A stretch of DNA of 64,000 nt from positions 144,162,834 to 144,226,833 of the forward strand of contig NC_068982.1 of NCBI RefSeq assembly GCF_001194135.2. Direction: 5' to 3'. The notes under the pieces are model-generated. The model saw only the letters and a list, made by a program, of their open reading frames with translations, ran no database searches and was not told the origin of the DNA. This document shows positions 1-13,811 of this stretch, in pieces. How positions within the stretch are numbered: the first letter of the stretch is position 1; every line of letters begins with the position of its first letter. A program made the position numbers and the translations under genes. Source of the stretch: Octopus bimaculoides. Its lineage: Eukaryota.

Positions 1-597
1 TTTTTTCACGTGCCAGTAAGGTGACACTGGTAACGATCACGCTCAAATGGTGCTATTTATGTGCCACTGGCATCGAAGCCAGACAGCTGCTCTGGCAGCA
101 TTTGAAACCTCTAATTGCTTAGAAAGTTTGAGAAAAAAGCAAGTTGGATGAATGGGTTCAATGATAGCCATGGTTGAGCAGACCCCCACGATCAAAGGCA
201 TTCCAGCTTTGATCATCACATTTGTTTGTAAGATCAGGGCATGAGTTGTGCTAGAATTGGCTGTTTCTTGCATATCTAGCAACTACATAAAGGCTCCTTT
301 ATCGGCTTCTGTTACTGGAGTGCCCTCATTTTCAGCTAGATTCACTGAGATAATAAAAATTTATGTAGATCACATAGTGATGTTTGTGATGGGCTTTGAG
401 CTGATAATTTTCTTACAAGAAATTTCCTGCACTAAACAGTAAGCTACCAAAAAGCTTCTTGTAGAAACTGAAAGATGAGTTGAACTGTTTTCTGTTTACA
501 CTTGCTTGATTGTGTCATTGAGTTTGGCTTGTCTTGTGATGAAACCATTTCTGTTGCTTCTGTGTCTATGCAGCTTTGTTTCTATATTCTACTTCAG

Positions 598-687
598 CTG
601 CCACCTAAATATCAAAACCAACCTAAAACTCTTGAGGAACTTCTTGATGAACCTGCCCAACAACCAAATGTTGCTCACAAACTTGAG
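598..687 (+). CDS. ATE1: ATE1 internal exon (LPPKYQNQPKTLEELLDEPAQQPNVAHKLE), phase 0-0; upstream exons lie outside the window
   Basis: ttctacttcag| acceptor and GAG|gtaaat donor. Peptide resembles the vertebrate ATE1 segment PPK..NQPKSLEDL..SHKLE (recalled). A weaker in-frame acceptor at 573/574 is possible. Confidence 0.85.
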
Positions 688-1720
688 GTAAATTATGATC
701 AGACAATTTAAAAAATTTTATATGCACTTGAAGTAAAAATTCATTTCTAGAGTAATCTTTTTTTTGCATTATTTTGTTGTTGATCCAACCATTATGTAAC
801 AAGTATTGATTTTAAAAATAACTTATTTGACTTTATATTCAATCTCACCATTTTGCTTAATCCTGGATGAATTTGAACTGAATTTATGTTTTCCTGCTGA
901 TATTTTCTGTTTTCCCTGTTTATGTAACTAGGGTGTTTGTTTTTAATCTATTAACTGCAAAATTAAATTTCTTGCTTATTTCTTTAATGATGTAAAATAT
1001 CTATCAGAAAATAGAATTGGTATTTTCCACATGTCACATTGTCTCAATAAACTTGACATATTTCAATAAAAAGCAGTTTCAAACATGACATTCCTCAACA
1101 AAAGATAGATTGGTATATAAAACTGCTTTCTGTAGTTACGGGTTAATGGTTAAATTTCCTTTTCACTAATGACTACTCAATACTAAATTGGTAATAGCAC
1201 CAAGTTCTATTTGGCCATTGAAGTTGTGTATTTTCTGATAAACTACAGTGAAAGTGTCTGATCAAATAATCAATATGAAAATAAAATATCTCACTGTATG
1301 CAAAGTTATAGGTCCATGAGCAGCACATCCTGCATCTCCTTTATTTTTTTAATACCTTCCCACCTGAAACCACCCCTGTTTCTATGTTACAATACCTCCT
1401 GTTATTTATAGTTAAGGTAACACTTCCCATGATTTTGTGTAAGAACTTTTATGTTCTAAACACCAGTTTAAAAATGATGTAATTAGTTATTTTACTAAAT
1501 CACACTAAATTCTTAATTATTTTCAAAACTGATTGAAAGTAATGACATTGTACTTCATTAGAAATTTGGTCATCCAAGGGTTAAATGTTGTCGCTATCCT
1601 TTGTCTTGTGGACTGTGCCATTGTTTTCCTCCCTGAAGACAGAGTGACCACTGACTTACTTGTCACTTACAGTCCAACAACAGTTAATATTATATCTTCA
1701 CACACACATTGTTCTTTCAG

Positions 1721-1888
1721 ATAAGGCTAATACGATCAAAACCTAAATGTTCAGCCTTCAACTCCACATTTAAAGAAAGCCATCAGGTGTACTATAATTA
1801 CCAAACAAATGTGCATAATGATTCTCCTGAGAAACCCAATGTTAAGCAATTTACCTGCTTCCTTGTGGACTCTCCATTGATCCTTAAG
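1721..1888 (+). CDS. ATE1: ATE1 exon (IRLIRSKPKCSAFNSTFKESHQVYYNYQ...FTCFLVDSPLILK), phase 0-0
   Basis: gttctttcag| acceptor and AAG|gtaata donor; 168 nt, open. Resembles ATE1 VRVVRSSP..ESYQVYKRYQ..FTRFLCSSPL. Confidence 0.9.
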
Positions 1889-2944
1889 GTAATAACTGTT
1901 TTTACATTGTTTATTCTTTTTCATATGTTCCCACCTCCTTGGATTGGCATGCATAGATTAAGCTGGTTCTGACTAGTCCTGCCTCCACAGAGTTCAAGTA
2001 TTCATATGAAGATTCTTACAATATATTCAAACAATACCAGATGACCATTCATAAAGAAAAAGCGTCTTCATGTACAAAACGTGACTTTGGAGATTTCTTA
2101 GTGAATTCCCCATTTGAGGTAGCAGTAAGATCTTTTTTCTAGTCTTCAAACTGCTTTGCTATTGATCCACCGTTCAATACTGTTCAGATTGTGTGTGAAT
2201 GTGATTTACTCAATATGCCTAAATATGAATACAACTGTTTTTACTTGGGTTAAATTATCTCACTTAACATTTCTGTATAATATATTGATTGCTTCATCTT
2301 GAACAATGTTTTCTTGCTCATCTTTTCCCATAACTAGTGCTAAGTTGCTTTCATTTGCATAGTGGTTTCATTTCATTGTTGTTGTCATTGTTGATTACCA
2401 GGTGAGCCTTGATTAAGAAGCCTTTTGGTTAAATCCATTCCAGCCATGTCTATTCTGCCTTTCTCTTATATCAGGGAACTCACTGCCATATTTTCCAGCA
2501 TGCCTTTTCTAATATTGTAGAGTGTAGCTTAAGGGAGATTTTGGTTGTTTTTTTCTAGTAGCTTGAGCAACCACATGGAGGCTTCTTTATTAGCTTGACT
2601 TAATCTAGCAGCAATGTAATGTGGCTTTAAAATTTTCTCAGGCTTTCACTGTGTTGCTTGCAGTTTCAGATTTAGCTTCATGTTCTAAATCATTTTGATA
2701 AGTTTTATCTTGCTTTAGATTGTTGGATTGCCAAAGAAAAAAATAATCCATTCATTTTCCTTTTTCACTTTGTGGTCTCTTTAAAATATATGTATTTCAG
2801 AATTACTTATTTTAATGCTTTCCAAATTGACCCAATGAGGAGTCTATGCAATAATTCAGCCCACAAAAAATAGCAATCAAATCTTCCTCAAATCACATTT
2901 TACTGTTTTAAAACCAGGACATATTAAATATATTCTCGATACAC

Positions 2945-3065
2945 TGGCACTTGTGCTAGTGGCACGTGAAAAGACATTCGAGCAAGGTCATTGCCAGTGT
3001 GGCTGGACTGGCTCCTGTGCAGGTGGCACGTAAAATACACCATTTTGAGCATGGCCGTTGCCAGT
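2945..3065 (+). mobile_element. RTE 3' UTR fragment running into an N gap
   Basis: GGCACGT(A/G)AAA..CACC subrepeats shared with the copies at 46372 and 58181. Confidence 0.7.
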
Positions 3066-3357
3066 NNNNNNNNNNNNNNNNNNNNNNNNNNNNNNNNNNN
3101 NNNNNNNNNNNNNNNNNNNNNNNNNNNNNNNNNNNNNNNNNNNNNNNNNNNNNNNNNNNNNNNNNNNNNNNNNNNNNNNNNNNNNNNNNNNNNNNNNNNN
3201 NNNNNNNNNNNNNNNNNNNNNNNNNNNNNNNNNNNNNNNNNNNNNNNNNNNNNNNNNNNNNNNNNNNNNNNNNNNNNNNNNNNNNNNNNNNNNNNNNNNN
3301 NNNNNNNNNNNNNNNNNNNNNNNNNNNNNNNNNNNNNNNNNNNNNNNNNNNNNNNNN
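3066..3357. other. Assembly gap (N run)
   Basis: 292 N. Confidence 1.
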
Positions 3358-3379
3358 TTTAATAAATTGATTTGGGAGA

Positions 3380-3870
<491 letters not shown>

Positions 3871-6304
3871 TTAATCATTCAAGTTCTTCAAATATTTTAA
3901 AATTGTTTGAAATGAATTCCTTCAAATGCCTAGATGACTTTTTAAAAGTAGTTGTTGCCTAGGTAACTTATTCAATAGTAGAGATAGATGAGAGTAAGAA
4001 CAAGGGGAATATGTTCAAAGAACAATTGCTTCTACTGGTAACAAAGAACTTCTCTGCCCAAGTAATGGGTTAACTGAGTACTTCTTATGTATGAAGTGTG
4101 ATATTGCACGATGGCAAAACATGGTCACTGAAGAGTGTGTGTGTGTGTAGAGGATGTACGAAAGTCAGGAAAAAATGAAGCAAGCAAAGCTTCACTGAAT
4201 ATGCAGTAATATTGTTAATAAACAATGGAGAACAAATGAGCTGGGGGAAAATGGGTACAAGAGGAATTGGCAGTAGTGTAGAAGAGAAGTGACTTTTGGT
4301 ATGGACATGTGATGTGTGAAGAAAATAATAGTTGGGTAAAAAATGTCAAGCAATCAAGTGGAAGAAGATAGGAAGAAATGATGACGGTTGCTCTTAGCCT
4401 GCTGAATCAAGGGACCACAACAAGTATTAAGATACTACTAGTAAAGGCATGTTCAACTCGTGCAAGCTAGAAAAGATGATGATAGTCTATAATATTTTTC
4501 TGAACACACATGTTAAATATACTAATAAGGAGCATTCATAAGTGAAACTTTTGTTTCAGGTAATTATACCTTGTTACATCTAGTTTTATCAAAAAGTACT
4601 GTAGAACTATGAAAATTAGATCATTGTCCTTCAAGTACAGGTATACCTATTTGATTAAGAAGTTTGCTTTGCAACCACATATTTCTGGGTTCAAGCCCAA
4701 CAAAAGGCACTTTGGACAAGTGTCTTCTGCCATAACCATAAAGTTGCTGAATCTTCGTTAGTGATATATCTATATACAAGTCTGTAGAAATGAAGTAAAC
4801 TATCTGAAGAGGATGTGACTTTGATGAACTTAGCCAGTCAATATCAGCCAGTATCAGATCTAAGTAGTTTGGTCAGTATAATTGACTGTGGGCAATGTCC
4901 CAACATGGTTGCAGTCTATTGGTTGAATCCAATAAAAGAAAAGAATAAAACATTGCCGTAATAACAGTGACAATTATGATGATATATGAATATCTCTTGG
5001 CAGGATTTGGGTAGGTCTGCAATATTGCACATTGCCACTGATTTTGATCCTACATGATCCCTTTAGACATGACCCTTCTATGTATCACCATCACTTCCTT
5101 CCACATCTTTCTCTGCCACAGGAACTAGCAACATAACACTTTTCATCCAACATTTATTATCCATGTCTGTTACATGTCCTTACCACTAAAGTCAGTTCCT
5201 ATAATACCCCCAGTCCCCCACTGATCTAACATCTCATGTATTGTATTTCTTACAGCTTACTTTTGGTTTAGACAGAAAAACCTTTCGTTGCCAACAAAGA
5301 CAACTACTAAACACCTTTCATCTTTCCTTACTTTAATTACTGTACTATCACTATAATTACCCCTTATTGCTGTTTAATCTCAGGCCTTTTTTTGATTGAA
5401 TATATCAGTCACTCCAATCATAACCATTTTTTTTTTTCAGGCATAGTGTATCTAAGACTAAATTATCTGATGTTTTTTTTTCTTTAAAGATAATAAATTG
5501 TAAATTGTCATTTATATCTAGCTAGTCAATGATGTCATAAAAACTCCCTCATTAGTTTGTTTTGCACTAATTAAATCATTCTTTAGTGACAAAAATTATA
5601 TGCTATATTCAGCCAGCTTGTCTGATGAGTTTCATGACTGTTTCTATAGCTAGCTATTGTTCATAAATCAAATCTGAAGTCACATGTTTTAATAAGTCCT
5701 TTGAAACCTTTCTTCATTCATTACATTATTAGAGAATCCAGTTAAAAGAAAAAAAGGCTTCAGGTAGAAATTCAACTCTTGGATGAACACTATCTAACTG
5801 GTGGTTTCATTGCTACTCTTCTTATTCACAGCAACAATTCATATAGTGCTGACCTGTAATTCTATGCAATACAAATATGCTCAAAATCTGAGTTGATGGT
5901 GATTTGTTTCCTTTAATTTTATTGTAAGAATATTGGGCCCATCATATGGCTGTTGGTTTTTTCTCTTTCTACTGTTATATTTAGCATTTAAAACATTTTA
6001 CTTCCCATATAGTGAATAGGTAGTTCTTGTATACTGTTCCTGATGGTTCTTTAAACTTGCATGTTAGTACATCTTGAAAATTTATACACAATCATTTAAG
6101 ACTTTTTTTTAGTTTGTAGCTGCTTTAGAGCCATTATTTTTTGTTGCCAATGGTGGAGTAGGTTTTTAAATATAAACATTTGCTGCAATTGGGTGTTTTA
6201 TGTATAATAATTGTTTTTTCTTATAAAGTACTGCTTCAGTGAAGTTTAAAATGCTATTTTTCAACCAGGCAGAATTCCTTCCCTTACACTGGAGATTTAT
6301 CTGA

Positions 6305-6508
<204 letters not shown>

Positions 6509-7450
6509 TAAGTTAATGTTAGACTATCACTGTGGTGATACATTCGTTTGGAACAGTTTGCTATAAATTCTTAAATTAGCAAATACCTTAGTGATTAATG
6601 CAAAAAGAGTTATTCTATTAATAAACAGCTTATTTGAAAATCATCTGCAGAAAATATTCATTACAAAAAGTATGAATTATTGTGGAGCCATTCTCAGTTG
6701 TAGCCAACTACTTAATCATTTATTCTCTCCCTCCCTCCTACTCAATAATTCTTTCCCTCTGTGTATCTATGTGTGATGTTTCTTCACTCATTGCCTGGTA
6801 CCAAGCCTAGTATTCACATTAATCCTGTCATCCTGTATGTCTTATCTTAACTCTATTTCTCTTTTACTCTCTATTTTATTGAAGAGGGTTGTTGTGCTAA
6901 TAAGAAATACATAGGTTCTGTTTCACTTCTCTCATTATTATTAGTTAACCATTCAACTAACTGATTGTTTAATTAAACATTTGGTCAGTCGTAGGGTCAT
7001 CAGTCCTTTTGTTGTCACTTGTAACCTCATGAAGGACATATCCTCATTATTTGTCTCATCGTTATCATTTAATGTCTTCCAGCTGACATGGGTTGGACTG
7101 TCTCTTACCTAATTTTCAGATTCTATATTTTAATGGTGATGTGTATGAGAAGGAGAGAGGTGGAGTGTACTTGCATCTGTGTGCATGATATGTATTCTCT
7201 AAGTGTGTATAAAATTGTGTGTGCATGCACACGCACCTGTTTGATTTGGATTATATAATAATTTTTTATTATTCAATTTTTTTTTTTTTTACTTTTCAAA
7301 AGTTCTAATTTAAATAATTATCTAGCAAAAAAAAAGAGAGCAAATACATTTAACCAAGATGTATCTTTTTCCTAAAAATTACTCTTTTGGTTTTTAAGTA
7401 TGCAGTAAATTGCTTTTTTATTTTCTATAATTCATGTTTGTTGCAGCTGA

Positions 7451-7600
<150 letters not shown>

Positions 7601-7677
7601 TAGTTGTTTGTTTCAGTTTGTGTATGATTTTGAACTGTCTGCTCTTCCATCTTATAAAGTTTAAACTTTCTTTTTAG

Positions 7678-7806
<129 letters not shown>

Positions 7807-7887
7807 TGAAACCATTAAAAAATGATTGCTGTTAAAAGATTTATAAGAACACAAATGAGAATTGATATGAATAGATATAAATGAAAG

Positions 7888-8200
7888 AAGGCATGTGATC
7901 TAGTGGTTAGGGTATTCATCTAACAGTTGTAAGGTCATGAGTTCGATTCCCGGTAGTGTGTTGTGTCTTTGAGCAAGACACTTTATTTCACGTTGCTCCA
8001 ACCCCCTCAGTTGGCAAAAACAAGTTGTACCTGTAATTCAAAGAGCCTTGTCACATTCTGTATCACACTGAATCCCCCTGAGAACTATGTTAAGGGTACC
8101 CGGGTCTGTGGCATGCTCAGCCACTTGCACATTAATTTCATGAGTAGGCTGTTCCGTTGATCAGATCAACTGAAAACCTTATCATAACTGAGGGAGTGCC
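7888..8200 (+). mobile_element. tRNA-derived SINE (central motif TGTGTCTTTGAGCAAGACACTTTA)
   Basis: A box GATCTAGTGG and B box GAGTTCGATTCC. Related copies at about 8698-8960 and 27128-27335. Confidence 0.8.
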
Positions 8201-9197
8201 ATTAGATAAAAATGAAATTATTGTTTCATTAATTTTCTAGTAATTTTTTTTATTGATCATTTTTATGTCTGATTTTCCATGGCAGCTCAGACATGAATTT
8301 ATTTGATTAGTATTTTATAGCCTGATACTTTTCCTGTTGTAAAACTGTTTTCTATTTTTCAAGTAAAGTACTTTTATTCTGCTTATCACAAGTTGCAGAG
8401 TCTATTGTTTATAGGGGACATAAATCTATCCCTTTCTTTTGCACAAACTGTCATGTAAATATACACACGGATACATGTGTATATGACGGGCTTCACAGTT
8501 TCCATCTACTAATATCACTCATGAAGTACTGGTCAACTTGAGACGCTTGCTCAACCTGCCACACAGGATAAAGCCTGAAACCATGCGGGTGCGAAGTGAC
8601 CTGCATATCCATTCTACCATGCCTTTCTGTATCAAATAATTTCTTGTAAAACAGCATTTAACTTCTGTCTTTCATGCTAGCTATGATGTGTATATTATGC
8701 ATGGCTCAGTGGTTAGTTTTGGGCTTACAACTGTGAGCTTGATTCTTGGATTGGGCTGTGTGTTGTGTCCTTGAGCAAAACATTTTATTTCATATTACTC
8801 CAGTTCACTCAGATGTAAAAATGTTATGTCTCTGATGCCAAGCTGTATCAGCCTTTGCTTTTCACTTGGACAACATTAGGTGAGGGGAGACTGGCATGCA
8901 TGGACAACTTGCTGGTCTTCTATAAACAGCCTTGCTTGGACTTCATTTGTGACTGAAGGGATCTTTACCCTTTACTGTTTATTAACAAATCAGTAAATAT
9001 ATAAGTTTCATGTAGTTATCCAAGTAACTCTTAGTGGACATGAATATCTGAGAAATAATCATATGTAATAGACATTAAGCACTTCCCTGGAAATGACTAG
9101 AGAATTTTGTTTCGTGTGTATATATGTCTGTAGAATCACAAGACTTTGATTAATAGATTAAAAAATAACAAGTCTGTTCATTGTCTTTTAATTCTAG

Positions 9198-9376
9198 TTG
9201 ATGAAAATGGTAATGTTGACCCAAACAGGGTTCTCATTTTACATGAACAACAAGAAATGTCCTTTGAGATGTATCACCAATTAAAACCTGAAGCCAATGA
9301 TGAAAACCAAGTGATGGAATATGCAAACTTTGTTGGGAAATCATGTGCACAGCGAATGTTCCTCTTCCGTGTATAG
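9198..9376 (+). CDS. ATE1: ATE1 last coding exon (VDENGNVDPNRVLIL...YANFVGKSCAQRMFLFRV*)
   Basis: attctag| acceptor, phase 1 matches. Ends like vertebrate ATE1 YASLVGQKCSERMLLFR; TAG at 9374-9376. Confidence 0.95.
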
Positions 9377-10244
9377 CTTTATTTGTTTTATCTCTCTGCT
9401 TGAAATCATATTGTAAATTATTTATGCAAATTCAATGTATATTTGAGTGGGGTGACAGCTTCTCTATTTTTATGATGCTTTTACAGTTTTTATTTAGAAC
9501 CTAATCAGTTTCAATCATTTTTATACTTGCCATTTCATCAACATAGACTACTAGATCAGGAAGAGAAAAAGAAAGGCACTATTTTTCATTTACTTTGATA
9601 GGTTCAGCATTAGAAAAAAACTTATTTATTGAAATAACTTTTCAACTAGAACAGATTTAGTGTTTTGACTCCCAAATTCCACACTGTCTAAGTTAATTCT
9701 AAGAAATCATGTCATGCACATTGCATCTCCAATCTAAGCTTTGCAACACAAGCTTTTTCTTCTCAGTGTTCCCTGTAAAATGGTTCTTATAAAATTACTA
9801 TCCCATCTAAGTTCATTATTCTTGGAACTGCAGGCATGTGTCTTTAACTCCAAAATTCTTGCAAGAACCAAGTTATCTGAAAAGTTATTCAACCAGAGCT
9901 AGATCTCATGGAATAACTATGTGAAGAATATACACTTTCACTTTACCATTGACTCAACTTTGAAGATTACATAGCTTGTAAGAAATAGTAACCAAATCTC
10001 TGCAATAGACAGTAAGCGATCTTTTGGGAGTAACGATTTTCATGCAAATAACCAAATCAAGATATTACTATTTACTCAGCTGCTGAAGTGATGCTGCAAT
10101 GTTGTAAAACCACAGGTCCAAAGTTTACAATGCTTGAAGCCCAAAGTTTTTTTGTCTCAAGTGAAATTCCTTAAAGTAATCAAATTGGGTTATAAAAGTT
10201 CTGGTTAGTTGAATTGCATTTTTTTTTTGGTAAACTGATGAAAC

Positions 10245-10250
10245 AATAAA
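10245..10250 (+). terminator. Candidate ATE1 polyadenylation signal AATAAA
   Basis: AATAAA followed by a U/GU-rich tract (gtcttttaatttaatttgtttttgtgg), about 870 nt after the ATE1 stop. Other AATAAA hexamers occur further downstream. Confidence 0.4.
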
Positions 10251-12469
10251 GTCTTTTAATTTAATTTGTTTTTGTGGAATCTTATTATTCTAACCAGTAC
10301 TTTTTCAGGTTTAGGAGATTTTTCTAATTGCATCTGCCATATGTTGCTTATAATGAATTAGAAAAGACCATAGATATTTAAACCATCAGTCAGAACTAAA
10401 TATGCCTTGATAATGTGCAGTTATGTTTTAAGTTCTCAGCACCGTGGCTGTAGATTAAATAACAGCAGTATGAATGAAGCCTGTTGATAGACTAGGCTGC
10501 TGACAACACTCTCACCTGTCTATTAATTTAATTATTATGGATCTTAAAGTTCAGTTTCATCTTCAAAGTATTATCTGTAGCTCATCAACCAAATTTGTGT
10601 AAAACCACCTGCACTAAGCCTAATTAATAAAATGTGAAATAAAATAGAGCCAATTTTAAAAACCATTTTATTGAAGAAATGTTATGAGAATTGCACGAAG
10701 GTATAATATTTCGTTAAATATAAAGTGTTTTAACTAGTTTTAACAGTAGGAAAAGTCCTGTTTTAATAACACTCAACAGTTGTGGTTCTATTTACATTCA
10801 CAGAAGTTCTCCTTGCTCCAAGAATAAACAGGATAGACATTTAATAACAATTAATAGACGTAAGGAAAATGAAATTTTACAATTGATTATCTAGAATTGA
10901 AATTTAAATCTGTAATTTAGCCTGGAATTTCTCAGGCTTTACAGTATGACAGAAACACAATTTGATTTATCTTTTACGGCACCAGTCATAATCAGCTCAG
11001 TACAAGCAAGCCTTTGGCACAAAGGTAGCCAACATGTCAAACACTCTGGGAATCCCACTGTACATTTTGCCAAGTGGTCAGATCATGTCACCTGTGTTGT
11101 GTGGTTGCAGCAGTTATGGGTAAGGTGAACTTATCAAAAGCTACAAAGTCTGGATTATTTGGAATTCACTGGTGATAGTCTTTGTTAACCAAGCACTAGT
11201 TTTAGAGTTAGCATTGCTATTAATTTTGTGGATTGTAAGTTCTTTACTAAGTCATTATTTTCAAAATCAATTGAAAGATAGACATAATTTATAAAATTAT
11301 TAAAGGTGTGCTTTGCAGACTAACACTGGTATTAGGAGGAAGGGATTAAAATGATTTTTTTTTTCTGCCCCCAGCAATGGCTAGTTGATTACCCGTTAGA
11401 AATGTAGATTTAAAACTGTCCTTAGCAATTGTACAGCTTATAAAATATCTTTTCCCCCAGTATAACTATGGTTGTGGCACACAAATTGAATTACCCTTGG
11501 AGTATTGGACACCCAGAAGTATGCATTTTCTACCACTTGTAAGTAGAGGAAGCACAGAGTTGGTTTGTGGATGGAATAAGACCAGATGATCAGTTGTATA
11601 AACTAATTTCACATGATTAGGGAACTAGAACGCTCCCAATATAAAATACCACAGATCCTACAATTGAAGTAGATCCAGGGATTTCTTTTTTAAAAAAAAA
11701 ACCTTCCCTCCTCACACACGCTCATGTACACAAACATTAGTGATGGCTGTTATTTCTCAATTCTGTTGCTGGAAATATCTTGTGACTTCAAATCTAATTT
11801 TCCCCCAAATTTTAAGAGTTTATTTCCATCCAACCTATGATAGTGTATGTTTGCAGTATTTGAGAGATACAAACTTGAATGTTGTATTTGAAAATAAATA
11901 ATTTACCTTTGCAGATCTACTAAGATGCCCTATTACAGAACAATATGTTTTAGTTATATTGTTTCTACTTGTTGGCAATGTTCATGGAATAATATGCCTT
12001 ATATTTTCTCAGACAAACAATATATTATTCAGTTCTGTTCTGTTCTGGATTCAAAGATCAGTTGATTCCACACTTAATTTGTATGGATTGTTCTTATTTT
12101 AGTTGGTTCAAACATTCAATTCTTATCTTGGAAATCGACAGCCTTTTCACACACGTGTTGTGTGTCCTGTTTTCCAGTTAAACCTATTAAATAAACAATT
12201 AAAATGACCATTTTACAACAATGCTACTATATATATAAAATCAATGTTTTATATCTACTCATTATTATAAACACTAAGACTTAGGGCTATTATTACTATA
12301 ACAATCATAAACTCTTACTGGTTTTGGTCAATTATATTGCTTCTTCCGCTTCATCAAATACAGAATTTTATCAATTTCTACTCAATATATAATTTTTAAA
12401 AATAAAATCATTAGATTTAAATATTTTATATACTTGTGTGTATGCACACACACATATATAGGCACACTT

Positions 12470-12815
12470 CTCAACCACATGGTTCTGGGTTCAATCCCAC
12501 TGCATGGCACCTTGGGCAAATGTCTTCTATATAGCCTTGAGTGGATTCAGCAGACAGGAACTGAAATAAGCCCCTTGTATATAAATGTATAAGGGTGTTT
12601 GTCTTGACATTGCAATGATAGTTGTAAACAAGTGTCACTATCAAACAAGCAACGTCATTCAAATTCCAGTATTCTGTGAGAACATATCTAGCCATGGGGA
12701 AATATCTTGCTTGAAAAGAATGAGGGTTGGTGACAGGAAGGGCATCCAATTGTAGAAAATCTGCCGCAAACTTTATCCAACACACACAAGCATGAAAAAG
12801 TGGAGGTTAAATGAT
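12470..12815 (+). mobile_element. tRNA-derived SINE with CORE-like domain and RTE-like tail
   Basis: gggttcaatccc B box, ggcaccttgggcaaatgtcttc, then ggaagggcatcc...atgatgatg. Related copies at about 4655-4740, 8483-8620 (-), 23405-23560 (-) and 57880-58020 (-). Confidence 0.75.
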
Positions 12816-13048
12816 GATGTATATATGCCAAGCTCTCTACAAAACATCACTCACAAAATGTTGGTCAAAAAACTTAACTACACAACCATGCCAAAAGTAA
12901 TATATTTTTAGCTGAGCTAAATACTATATGGCATGTGGTTTGCTACAAAACTATTCCACTACTGAACAACAGTTAGACCAAGTCTTCAGTCTGAATAATA
13001 GATTGTAATGCGTTGCTACATAGTGCTTCCTCCTTTGAGTAAAGATAC

Positions 13049-13054
13049 TTTATT
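13049..13054 (-). terminator. Candidate FRMD4 polyadenylation signal
   Basis: TTTATT on + (AATAAA on -), about 600 nt after the FRMD4 stop; weak evidence in AT-rich DNA. Confidence 0.25.
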
Positions 13055-13324
13055 AGTATGATTTTTTTTGTCAGCTAAGTCTGCTGTGAGATACAACAGG
13101 GGTTCTAATCCATGAATAATGTTTTGGGATGTACCCTATTAGCTGATGATTTCATATCTTCTTTCTTCCTAGTTTGTAACTATTCCTGCAGTGGACATGT
13201 GGTCTCAACAGACCTACTTGTAGCCTGTAATCTCCAGCTGGGTTACTTACAAAGATCAAAGTAAAAGTTAGCAATAACTTATAAGTAGTTTCTTCCTTTT
13301 CTATCAACCAGTCTAGGGATACTG

Positions 13325-13520
13325 TCTCATTTAACGTCTGTTTTCCATGCTGGCACAGATTGGTCAGTTTGACAGGAGCTGTCCAGACTCCAATTGTCTG
13401 TTGTGGCATGGTTTCTATGGATGGATGCCCTTCCTAATGCCAACAATCTTACAGAGTGTGCTGGGTTCTTTTCACATGCCACCAGCAGCATGGGTGCATT
13501 TTATGCGGCACTGACACCTG
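13325..13520 (-). mobile_element. RTE tail in the probable FRMD4 3' UTR
   Basis: tttaacgtctgttttccatgctggca...ggatgcccttcctaatgccaac. Similar minus-strand tails occur near 17930, 19140-19320 and 25555-25700. Confidence 0.7.
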
Positions 13521-13648
13521 TAAAGGACATGCCTGTAATTTTGTCTCTTGAGATAAGTGAAATTGTACCATTAATACATTTATATATATTATTTATATAT
13601 ATTATAGACACAGTTAACAAACCTTGTTATAATAGTTTATGAAAAAAT

Positions 13649-13811
13649 TCAAACAAGGGTTGGATGCTTCTTTGAGGATTCCTGATCTTCATACCATGCA
13701 AGCATCTCCTCACTGAAAGCCTCAGCTAAAGATTCACCTGCATTGAGTGTGAAGCTATTGTCACGTGATTTAATTGTACTTTCACTGGAGCTTGAAGGCA
13801 TTGATGCATTA
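13649..13811 (-). CDS. FRMD4: FRMD4 terminal coding exon (SNASMPSSSSESTIKSRDNSFTLNAGESLAEAFSEEMLAWYEDQESSKKHPTLV*)
   Basis: Strong acceptor ttttattttttatttcag|; phase 2 matches the donor at 31433. Ends in -T-L-V, like my recollection of FRMD4B (..PGTLV) and a class I PDZ ligand. Not in the ORF track. Confidence 0.88.

Noticed and set aside
9146-9197. TTG start of the 76-aa ORF (likewise the starts at 502, 1709 and 6308)
   Set aside because: Intronic sequence upstream of ATE1 splice acceptors.
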